Under the pieces are notes generated by a model that made no database searches, was not told the DNA's origin, and saw only the letters and a list, made by a program, of their open reading frames with translations. 64,000 nucleotides of DNA from Auanema rhodensis. Taxonomy: Eukaryota > Animalia > Nematoda. Below, one piece after another: positions 28,201-35,841 of the stretch. The stretch spans positions 6,572,001-6,636,000 of the forward strand of contig OZ059894.1 in assembly GCA_964057225.1 (NCBI GenBank). Reading direction: 5' to 3'. A program made the translations under genes and the position numbers. Positions within the stretch are counted from its first letter, which is position 1. The number at the start of each line of letters is the position of its first letter.

Positions 28201-31200
28201 ATGCTTAAAGGGTTCACAAGCCGGAATTTCTCCAATTATTGCCTGTCCGATGACTGAATTAGCTTCCATAGCTATTGTTTCATCGGTATTGTTACGGAAC
28301 ATAACATATACTCCACTGGTATCACGAAACGCAGTTGGATATAATGATTTTAATGCGCTTCCACTATCCCCTAAGACAACCACTTCGTTAGATTCTAGTG
28401 GTTTATCTGTCTTTATTGGGATAGGTGCCTCTTCATCAGGCTTTAATGTTTTTGTTCTTAAATTAATGATATTCACAGTTATCTCCGTATGCTTAATAGA
28501 TTCGTTTCCTATTAATGGGATGGCATTGTTTCCAATCTCCAACCTCTTCTTGGATGGTTTAAGGCTGACGTCGATGTTTTCGCTGTCAAGCGCTTTCATG
28601 AAATCTAGTCCAATTAAAGCGGGAGCAGGACAGTCATGATCGTTTGAGACCAAAAAGGTGTGTTCGATCTCGTAACCGGCAATTTCAATTACAAGATTTA
28701 TCTTTCCATAAAATGTGAAAGTGGACTTGTTGGCTGCCATCGCTACTAAATGTCTCTTCTTGACATTTTCGGCCATGTTCAGATATTTGAGGGTGGAGAG
28801 CCTAACATATGACACTGATGAGCCTGAATCCCATAAAGCTAAAATCAGTTTATCTTCAACTGATATATATATTAATGGTAACTTTGTTTCCGCTGATACA
28901 ATAGAAGCAACAAATGGTATTGCGATTGGAATAAATGTTACTAAAGCAGGATAGTATTGCTTCATGATGTTATCTGGCATCTGTTGGTCTGGGCGGCTTA
29001 CAAGTTCCAATGTTTCTTCATAGCTTGGGGGCTCATTATCTATTTCGTGGACATGCATTACGGTTAGTGGAGTGGCTCTGAAGAACCAAAATTTAGCAAC
29101 AACGAAAAGAATTATTAATACTGCGGCAATCGTAACCATTGATCCTATGAAGATGAGTGTTCTCTCAATTGATCCTATTAGAAATTGCTTTACGCTAGTC
29201 CAGGCGGAAGTTGTGAACTCAGCTGCTTTAGAGATATAGTCACTGCCCTTTTTCAAAAGATTAAAGGCGGACGTAATTTTTGGATCGTTGTGAATAGTAT
29301 GTAAAACATGGTTCTGTCGTATGGATGCTAAACTTGCTCCATATGCAATAGCTGTTGACATTGAGTAAACTCTCAATGATAAATTGGTGTATAAGTTAGC
29401 GCCTGTGAACTTTAAAGGTGTTAATTGGTGGTATTGCGCTTTATCAAAGAGTGATATTGGTTTTACTTCAACCGATCCATTTATATTTATCCATTCTCCA
29501 TTTTGATAGTATACATCTGTGGGTACATGTTCGCAATCTATCTCTTTTCCATGTGTTAATAAGTCTCTTGATCCTGGAGCAGCAAAATATAATCTCTCAT
29601 CTTCTGTTATTACTGGTGTTTCCAAATAGCATGTATCATTGATCTTATGATTATGATAAACAGCTTTAGGTTGAAGAGGTAGGCATATATGAACATGAAC
29701 TATATCGCTGCCTACGAAACGGGCTGCAATATCCTCTCTTCCTAAAATAGTCCTCATTGCTATTGTAGGTTCTATGTGTAAAATAGAACGCCATAGCTCG
29801 AGGTATCTATTTTGAATCTCACATATGGATTCATAAGATTCCATGAAATGTTTCTGTAGCTCTTCTTGTATGAGTGTTGTTGTATATTGTAGATGATCTT
29901 GAGCTATTCTGCGAGATACGTTGAGGTTGAATTGTATTTCGTTGTTCACTTTTGACGCTGTATACGTTGCCTGAGCCTGAATTTCTCTGGTTTCTACGGG
30001 TGGAGATGATGTTCTTTGTTTCCTTAAGATTCGTGACGCCGTGTCAGTGACTGTTGCTAATGTTGTTGGCGAGAGAGTCGTAGTTATCGCGGCTGTTGTC
30101 GTCTCAACTGTGGTTGTCGTCGGAATCCGAGTCGTATGGCTTTTAGTTGTCTCCTGAACTAGTGAAGCGGGTTTGTCCGTTGTTGTCGTTAATGACAGTC
30201 TTCTAGTCAGATAAGGCGGTGTTTCAATATCCTCTAACAGTGGTAAAAATGTTTTTATAAGTAGCTGGCGTGTATCTGCGCTTGGGTTTTGAATGCGAGG
30301 GTGGGGCCCTATCGATATACCGTAGTTAGAATCTTTATCTCGATATAATTTGTTGGTATCTGGCACATTGATTGTTAATTGTCGGAACTTTTCATCATCT
30401 ACGGCTGCTGCTGTTTTATTTGGCCTTATTACTCGCAATGTCATCAAGTTATGGTATAAGTAAAGAGTGTTTCTAAGTACTATACGCTCATCAGCATTGT
30501 CAGTTGTTAGAGTTGGTCGGATCGGCGGCATGTTCACAAAGGATTTTAAAACCTCTTGCCTTGATGGTACCGACAGATTGTTTTCAAATATTACCGGTGT
30601 ATAAGCTAACTCCATCGCTATGCTTTCGGCTCTTTCACGGTAGGATCCGTCTTTTTCTAGCAGTTTTTCGTCAAATTCGTGTGCTGTTAATCTGTCACCT
30701 ATCTGTTCTAATAATTGTTGTGAGGTTAAATACCGTATAGCGCCGCGAGTGGTTGCTGCCAGTTCCTTTTGCGCAAGAAAATAAAGTATTGCTTCCTCAG
30801 GGTCGTGTATTTCGTATGTTTGAAGGAAACGTTGTATGGATTTATCAGATACGGGACTTCTTAAGAAGAAATAAAACTTCTCGGGATGTGCTGAAACCCA
30901 GTCAATAATTGAATATGAAGGGTTGACAGCTCGTCTGGCCTTTATAAGCGGTATTATCTGATAAATACCAGGATTACTCATCACCGGTCGTAAGAAAGGA
31001 TAAGGACAAATATTTAATATTAAAGTTTCAAAATCTTCCTGTTTTTGTATCCACTCCTTGTTTAATTCAACCGTGCATTCCGCAATTGCTCTTTTATCTC
31101 TTTTCGCCGGAAGTTTCTTATATTCTCTCTCTATTAAAACATGGATATTGGTGTCATTTGGGTACTGTGGTAAGAGAATGTAATTGCCAGTTGTGGTGTG

Positions 31201-33912
31201 GAAGATTGGCTGTTTAAAACAAGAAGATATTTGCTTCGGTATCTCTTTTTGATCGATTACAAGGGCTGATTGAGTGGTTGGTAACAGAATAATGCCGTCT
31301 CCAATTATCACATCATATTCACTCATGTCGATATAGTTGCATCGATATTCATAAGGCTGTTTCTCCCATATGATGATTGAGGTATCTGATGCACATTCTC
31401 CATGATGCGCTAAGCATCCTTCAGTATTTAGTATTAAATTGGAGATTATAGTTTCATCTGGCATCCGTGTCATAACCCCTCTTTCGATAACCAATCTGGC
31501 TTTCTCTTCACATAGTTCATTATTAAAAGATCGGCCTGGCGAGAAGGAAGGCTCGTCAGTTGCATATGTTATGCTGTCGATCTTCTTTAATTCACTCCAA
31601 TTCCATCTTCTATCTCTCACTGCCAGTCTGCATTCTGCAGCTGGTATCTTTTCAATTCTCGCTATCGTTGTATTGGTATCTCTAAGGAACAAAAGGTCTC
31701 TGATACACATTTTATGAATTTCTTTGGAGCATCTCCATGCATCCCATTCATGTGCCGTTTGATTCCTTGTATAAAGATGAACTTTTGTTCGTAAGATATG
31801 CTTTATTGGTGGTAATAAGCATTTTCGGAGAGATGGGGGACGGAGAAGGGCTCCTCCAGTAGCTTTAGTACATAGCTGGTATGCTTCAGCTGTTGTAACC
31901 AGTGATAAGATTACTGATAAAGCTACGGCTAAAGTCAAAGGAGATATCAGAGTCAAATTATTGACTCTTGAGCCTCTACCTCTGCCTCTATTGTTGTTAT
32001 TTCCCCTAAAGGTACTGTTATTTCTCTGTCTATTATTGCTCATTTCTTGATTTTGTGATGCATTATGGCTTCTTTGATACCCATTTTGATTTTGATTCTG
32101 ATAATTTCGACCGCGGTCACCAAAATTGCGGTTCCTAGCAAATGGGTTTTGGAAATTCCAGCCTTTTTGATTTTTTGAAAATTTATGATAATTTTGATTG
32201 TTTTGAAAGTTTGGATGATAATTGTTATAATTATTATAATTTTGATAATTTTTATTATTAAAAGATTGATAACCTCTTGCCATACCTCTCCCACCATTGT
32301 TTCTGCGCGGGGGGAAAGTTCTTTCAATTGCGTTAACCAATAGCGCCTGAGGGTCTGCTACTTGGTTTGCAATTGATTCCTCCCAGCGAGCACTATCAAC
32401 AGCCTCAGCAAAAGTTTTGGGTTTTGCTCGAATTACCCCTGGGCGTATCGTATTTTTCAAGCCTCTCAAAAATGTGGACCTCAGAATGTGATCTTTATGA
32501 GTATCACTATTAGAGAAAGCATTTAAGCTGAGGTTTCTTAACGTTTGTGCAAAACCATCAATTGATAAATCGCCTTGAGTGCTGTTTTGAAGTGTGATAA
32601 GGGCAGGGTCTTGATTGTATTCGGGACACAGCTTGGATGTTAACTCTTCTATTAGGGTAACCCAAGGTCCAGCAGTTCTGACCTTGTCAGGTAGCTCTAA
32701 ATAAGCTTCCTCTGCTCTATCATTTTTCAATAGTAATGGTAAAATAGTTAGTCTTTCGGGCATCACTAAGCCTAAGGCGTTAGAAAAGGTATTAAACTTT
32801 GCCACGAAATCTCTAAAGTTACGACTTCCGTCGTATATGGGGCAATAAGGTGAGCTTAATGCGTGCGCAATGGTAGATTTACCAGCTCCCGGAAGACGTG
32901 GTGTCTCCGTCATGGTTGGTATATCCTCAGGGTATGTGCGAGATGACGTAATCCCTTTACTGCCTGAGCTTCTCGCCGTTAAATTCTTACCTCCCTTTTT
33001 CGAGTTACCAGATGTTGGATAACTAATGGTAGGGGCGGCTGAGGAGAACCGCTTCCCTGGGAGTTTGATAATTCGACTCGTTGCCTGAGGCGTCGAATGT
33101 ATTGATACGCTTGAGCTGGGTATAGCGCTATCTGACTTATTAAGGGTTGGGTTGGAGGATACGTGAAGAGAGTTATCAACTTGTTCTGTTGTTACCTCCC
33201 CTGGAGACAAATTCAAAACTTTTATTAAGCGAGCTGTTAAAGATTTCTTACTTTTGAACTTATCAGTAGTTAGTGATAAGGGCAAAACTTCGGTAATTTC
33301 CTGATTTGGTTCTACGGGATTATTAGAGGTTGAGCGCCTACGCGGTGTATTAGTTTTTCTTTTATTAATTTTTTTAGAATCAAGCTTTTTCGAATCAAGC
33401 TTATCAGTGATAACTGATAAGGGTGATTTGCGAATAGTGAGAGATGAGGTTTTATTAAGTTGTGAGTTTTCTATCGGAGTGGAAAATGCCTGCGGTGTTA
33501 GAGTTAGTTCAAAAGAAGATGCAAGATCGTTATCAGTATTAACTGATAAAGTTGATAAGTTTAGGTGGGGAGTGGCTGGTGAAGTATTAGAGGTTATTTG
33601 TTTTGGTTTTTGAATTTTTTGAATCTTTTTATTACTTTTAAAAGAGTGTACCTTTGGAGTTGAAGCTGAAGTTTGAATATTGTAGTCCTGAATATAGAAA
33701 TCAGGGTCCTCCTCGGTGTTGTCCGGAGGTGAATACGTGCCTTCTCGAGGAATGAAGGTTTTCTCGACTTTGGGTTTTACCTCTTGTTCAGGCTCTTCAA
33801 TCTGAACACTGAGGAGTCGAGTGCGGCTTCTGGTTCGACTGGCGACTGCGATGTCGTCACTGGACTCAGAAGGGTATAGAGCAGGGACGGCCGAAGAGTA
33901 TCTTCGTGCCAC
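25207..33912 (-). CDS. Gag-Env-Pol polyprotein (~2900 aa); true start uncertain (track start is GTG, frame open from 34002, first ATG at 32913)
   Basis: Single stop-free frame: Ser/Thr/Lys-rich N-terminus, capsid-like Gag, N/Q/R/G-rich tract, signal peptide, gB-like ectodomain, TM, protease WDSGS, RT YLDD, RNase H, integrase HHCC + DDE. Confidence 0.95.
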   Translation of the reverse strand: MARRYSSAVPALYPSESSDDIAVASRTRSRTRLLSVQIEEPEQEVKPKVEKTFIPREGTYSPPDNTEEDPDFYIQDYNIQTSASTPKVHSFKSNKKIQKIQKPKQITSNTSPATPHLNLSTLSVNTDNDLASSFELTLTPQAFSTPIENSQLNKTSSLTIRKSPLSVITDKLDSKKLDSKKINKRKTNTPRRRSTSNNPVEPNQEITEVLPLSLTTDKFKSKKSLTARLIKVLNLSPGEVTTEQVDNSLHVSSNPTLNKSDSAIPSSSVSIHSTPQATSRIIKLPGKRFSSAAPTISYPTSGNSKKGGKNLTARSSGSKGITSSRTYPEDIPTMTETPRLPGAGKSTIAHALSSPYCPIYDGSRNFRDFVAKFNTFSNALGLVMPERLTILPLLLKNDRAEEAYLELPDKVRTAGPWVTLIEELTSKLCPEYNQDPALITLQNSTQGDLSIDGFAQTLRNLSLNAFSNSDTHKDHILRSTFLRGLKNTIRPGVIRAKPKTFAEAVDSARWEESIANQVADPQALLVNAIERTFPPRRNNGGRGMARGYQSFNNKNYQNYNNYNNYHPNFQNNQNYHKFSKNQKGWNFQNPFARNRNFGDRGRNYQNQNQNGYQRSHNASQNQEMSNNRQRNNSTFRGNNNNRGRGRGSRVNNLTLISPLTLAVALSVILSLVTTAEAYQLCTKATGGALLRPPSLRKCLLPPIKHILRTKVHLYTRNQTAHEWDAWRCSKEIHKMCIRDLLFLRDTNTTIARIEKIPAAECRLAVRDRRWNWSELKKIDSITYATDEPSFSPGRSFNNELCEEKARLVIERGVMTRMPDETIISNLILNTEGCLAHHGECASDTSIIIWEKQPYEYRCNYIDMSEYDVIIGDGIILLPTTQSALVIDQKEIPKQISSCFKQPIFHTTTGNYILLPQYPNDTNIHVLIEREYKKLPAKRDKRAIAECTVELNKEWIQKQEDFETLILNICPYPFLRPVMSNPGIYQIIPLIKARRAVNPSYSIIDWVSAHPEKFYFFLRSPVSDKSIQRFLQTYEIHDPEEAILYFLAQKELAATTRGAIRYLTSQQLLEQIGDRLTAHEFDEKLLEKDGSYRERAESIAMELAYTPVIFENNLSVPSRQEVLKSFVNMPPIRPTLTTDNADERIVLRNTLYLYHNLMTLRVIRPNKTAAAVDDEKFRQLTINVPDTNKLYRDKDSNYGISIGPHPRIQNPSADTRQLLIKTFLPLLEDIETPPYLTRRLSLTTTTDKPASLVQETTKSHTTRIPTTTTVETTTAAITTTLSPTTLATVTDTASRILRKQRTSSPPVETREIQAQATYTASKVNNEIQFNLNVSRRIAQDHLQYTTTLIQEELQKHFMESYESICEIQNRYLELWRSILHIEPTIAMRTILGREDIAARFVGSDIVHVHICLPLQPKAVYHNHKINDTCYLETPVITEDERLYFAAPGSRDLLTHGKEIDCEHVPTDVYYQNGEWININGSVEVKPISLFDKAQYHQLTPLKFTGANLYTNLSLRVYSMSTAIAYGASLASIRQNHVLHTIHNDPKITSAFNLLKKGSDYISKAAEFTTSAWTSVKQFLIGSIERTLIFIGSMVTIAAVLIILFVVAKFWFFRATPLTVMHVHEIDNEPPSYEETLELVSRPDQQMPDNIMKQYYPALVTFIPIAIPFVASIVSAETKLPLIYISVEDKLILALWDSGSSVSYVRLSTLKYLNMAENVKKRHLVAMAANKSTFTFYGKINLVIEIAGYEIEHTFLVSNDHDCPAPALIGLDFMKALDSENIDVSLKPSKKRLEIGNNAIPLIGNESIKHTEITVNIINLRTKTLKPDEEAPIPIKTDKPLESNEVVVLGDSGSALKSLYPTAFRDTSGVYVMFRNNTDETIAMEANSVIGQAIIGEIPACEPFKHKPILPYVPPEADWESKLPYFPRDFIKDLDLENADLTKEEKHELTKIIESHREAFLNEDRKIGLFKGPIEHTIPLRTDMDMPKPRITRIPLGKQEEIEKQVKEMLEQGIIEPSTSLFNSPVVLVKKKDDTYRFVTDFRALNNVTRKQTYVIPSISDIVDLAAGAQFFSNFDLVSGFFQISLRKSDRPLTAFTTTSGTYQYKRMPMGLCGAPHTFQTAVRYLQSKCSCKLFVYLDDLLVISDTREQHLKDIDDLLQAVEELGMKIKLKKCAFAQPEVKFLGLIVGRQGIKPDPQKVAAIQDYPAPKNATGVRAFLGMVGFFRKFMKDFARIASPLYDLTKADTEFKWENKHQEALDLLKRSLIQAPVLSPPKSDRLFIVESDGSNIAIGAVLLQPEDPKQPLKNLHPIAFASRKLVKAERNYAPIEIEALGLVYALNQFRTYILGTHTICITDHRPLTSLMTRRDLFGRLAKFQLVIQEYDIEIKYRAGQLNKVCDALSRYIGEEANDAKPETKKKKMEEIHINAINTPTIKEIQLSTPWIKRTIAEIEYRAQKNMTANDRYCVINDLLYTKPTDKKPQPAIVIPQEHPIIEEIIKVFHEDPTIAAHQGIIKTKEAILRRFYWTNMQNDITIFIKNCIKCAQRKKDPHSMTVQPIGHFEIPSKPFERVHMDVMGPFPPSKRNCTYVITMQDAFTKWSTTIAVPQITTEITIDRFLRHFVYIFGPPHRLITDRGSNFVSKKFEEMCTKLGIKHEPTLPHQKNSNGQVERLHRTLEEGLTHYLKEDLSDWDTVLPKITFAINNIQHATTGIAPYIALFGKECRMSMDAELPETITKIQEISEELLQRRPDMDKRDEIIKNRIAKNQENAKKKKDRTQRAHHRDIQPGDMVMTTIKSHQIGQKLRKSYDGPCEVINVEGSKVQIRNSSGKLQDIHKDNLKIFSPASQNISYNTRARFRESQAEEDSDIEIIEVINRNNKDSIDTEPEDENEDEIWLPRNEEE
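25450..26420 (-). other. Element A integrase domain (approximate bounds)
   Basis: H-x7-H...CIKC zinc site, HMDVMGP, ITDRGSNF, NGQVERLHRTL, C-terminal YDGPC (GPY/F-like). Confidence 0.92.
26700..27960 (-). other. Element A reverse transcriptase + RNase H (approximate bounds)
   Basis: SPVVLVKKKD..RFVTDFRALN, YKRMPMGL, YLDD (27499-27510); RNase H SDGSNIAIGAVL, EIEAL, TDHRPL, CDALSR. Confidence 0.95.
28570..28880 (-). other. Element A aspartic protease (approximate bounds)
   Basis: ALWDSGSSVSYV (DSG at 28822-28830) and C-terminal LIGLDF motif. Confidence 0.9.
29080..31956 (-). other. env: Element A envelope glycoprotein, herpesvirus gB / chuvirus G-like class III fusion protein
   Basis: Signal peptide LISPLTLAVALSVILSLVTTAEA|YQLC; Cys-rich ectodomain with NxS/T sites; RDKR furin-like site; ICEIQNRYLELWRSILHIEPTIAMRTILGREDIAARFVGSDIVHVHIC and CYLETPV resemble the gB central helix/domain IV as I recall it ([43 protein letters not shown], CYSRP); TM LIFIGSMVTIAAVLIILFVVA. 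Confidence 0.85.
31960..32913 (-). other. gag: Element A Gag (capsid-like domain + N/Q/R/G-rich putative nucleocapsid, no CCHC knuckle)
   Basis: YDGSRNFRDFVAKF..., QGDLSIDGFAQTLRNL (major-homology-like), FLRGL..IR...PKTFAEAVDSA typical of gypsy Gag. Confidence 0.8.
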
Positions 33913-34324
33913 TTTGGAATCACTCTTGGTTCGGAAAAACCGCGAGTGTTTCGTTATATGGGGGATGTTGACGTTGAATGAGTGACAAGAAATTCGGGTC
34001 GGTTATAGGAAAAGTAAGAAACGTTTGAAGATTGAGACGTGGCGTCTTTCGCCGAGAATCGTTATTAGATGAGAAAGAGTTTTAAAATCTTGGCCTGAGA
34101 TCTGGCTCCGCCTATCTACCGTATTCTCTTTTCTTTATTCTATTTCACAGATGTTCATCAATTATAAATTTTTTTGGTCTTCGCTCTTTCTAGCCTCAAT
34201 CTTAATACTTTACTCTAATTGAATTCTTGAAAGTATGAGAGAGATTTTCAGTCGTTTTATGTCCCCTTTTTATGCATAAGAATCTTTATATTTGTAGAGC
34301 TGAAAAAAAAAAATAAATCAAAGA

Positions 34325-34858
34325 ATGGCTTATGAAGGTCTATCGGGAATGACTTTTGTCTTGAGGAAGCTGTACGCTGACCTCGTCTTGTATGATCAAG
34401 ACGAAGTGTTAGCTTATAGGCCGCACCCAGACATAATTAAGATGGTTGGTTAAAACAAAGAAACATGTTATCTTAATAAGAATTTTTAGTTTATTGAGGA
34501 TTTAAAGATGCATTATCTGGGAAGGGGATTAGTAAACTTCTCCCTAATGCAGGAAATAGCGGATGAGGTTGCAGCTATCCGGCGATGGTGCCTCACCGAC
34601 TTGTGCGCGCATTGGTATGAAAACCCAAATCTGGTCGCATCCCCTTGGAATTGGTATGAGCATAAGTCTCATGATTTTTATGATTATATGTCTAAAATTT
34701 TGTTTAAAATTTATTTATTTTATGAACAGTCTCCTATGGGCTTATTGCTAAGGACCTCTGCGGATTCGGTGTATTCGCAGTATTTAGAGCCTAGCGATGA
34801 GCCCATCTCACAGCCTATAGAATTTGTGAGACAGTTGCATTTTAAATGGGGCTTTTAA
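34325..34858 (+). CDS. Spliced antisense accessory gene in element A leader, 162 aa, unknown function (exons 34325-34444, 34490-34858)
   Basis: ATG 34325, 40 codons, 45-nt GT...TTTTTAG intron (34445-34489), phase-0 join in frame with the 116-aa ORF at 34508, TAA 34856-34858, AATAAA 34875-34880. Confidence 0.72.
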
Positions 34859-35828
34859 CAATTGTTTCATATATAATAAATACTTAATTTCACTCATTTG
34901 TTCTCTCTCTCTTTTTTTTTTTTTTCCATAACACAAACTTTGGTCGAGCTTATTAATAAAGAAGGAGTGCGTGCGCCTTGGGAAAATGGCTCATGTGCAC
35001 GTTATTATTAAAAGCCGTGGGCGATTCTTTTTCGGAATGATTTTGGCATGCTAATGAGATTCCGAGAATATTTAAAAAGATTGCTCATTTTACTAATGGA
35101 CTGAGACCAAAGCTCGTTTATAAAACGCAATTTTTTTCTTTAAACCATTCTACTAATTTATAGAATATTACAATATGAATACTACGGTAGGTGTGTGGGA
35201 ATATCTTATGATGTTAGCAACAAAAATGAGCTGAGGAAGGTGACACATTCTACGGAGAAGAAAACATCCGTAGCCCATGTGCTTTCGCCAAAATGACCTG
35301 ACAGGCAATAAAATTTGTGCCAGGATTTTTCGGACTAGTGTGGTCTATTCTCACAATCAAAAAAAAAATAAAAACCGAATAACGGCTCCCGCAAAAATAT
35401 TTAGTTAGCATGCTCTTTTACGCCTGAATTTAACTTTCAAATCTCTAGTCCTGACCACAATAAAATATTAAACTTTGTGCGCTTTCAAAATTTCATTCTA
35501 ACTCCTCGTTGCCAAATAATAATGTAATCAAAATTTCGTTTGGTGAAATTGTCCCCTATTTCGATCCAAACGTCCTCAAAAAAAAATGCAAGAGAAGCGG
35601 TGCAGGATACGGTATTATAAGGGTGGACACTCAGACGGTTTTATGAGTGGGGACAGCGGGTGAAATTTCAAAATTATGTAGTCCTAGCTCTCTAAAAGAG
35701 AGATCCCTTGTACCTGCACCTTATACAAGTTGGCGCCCTCATTATGTTGCTAACCGTGGAGGAAGTTTTAATTTAGATATCAAAATATGGACTTTTTATG
35801 CGAGTTTTTGCGACAAAAATGAGTTCGA

Positions 35829-35841
35829 GGTGGAACCTCCA
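35829..35841 (-). promoter_or_regulatory. Primer binding site of element A, complementary to the tRNA-Gln 3' end
   Basis: - strand TGGAGGTTCCACC abuts the 5' LTR; + strand GGTGGAACCT-CCA matches the animal tRNA-Gln 3' end as recalled. Confidence 0.85.

Noticed and set aside
28230-28480. dUTPase-like segment between protease and RT in element A
   Set aside because: Only a vague beta-rich resemblance; catalytic dUTPase motifs not identifiable
27767-28639. 290-aa + strand ORF opposite protease/RT
   Set aside because: Non-ATG start, exact antisense shadow of the pol frame, no recognisable motifs
33978-34222. Possible spliced 35-aa hydrophobic peptide (33978-34013 + 34151-34222) on + strand
   Set aside because: Splice signals are plausible but the product is too short to support without transcript data; noted only as possible upstream exons
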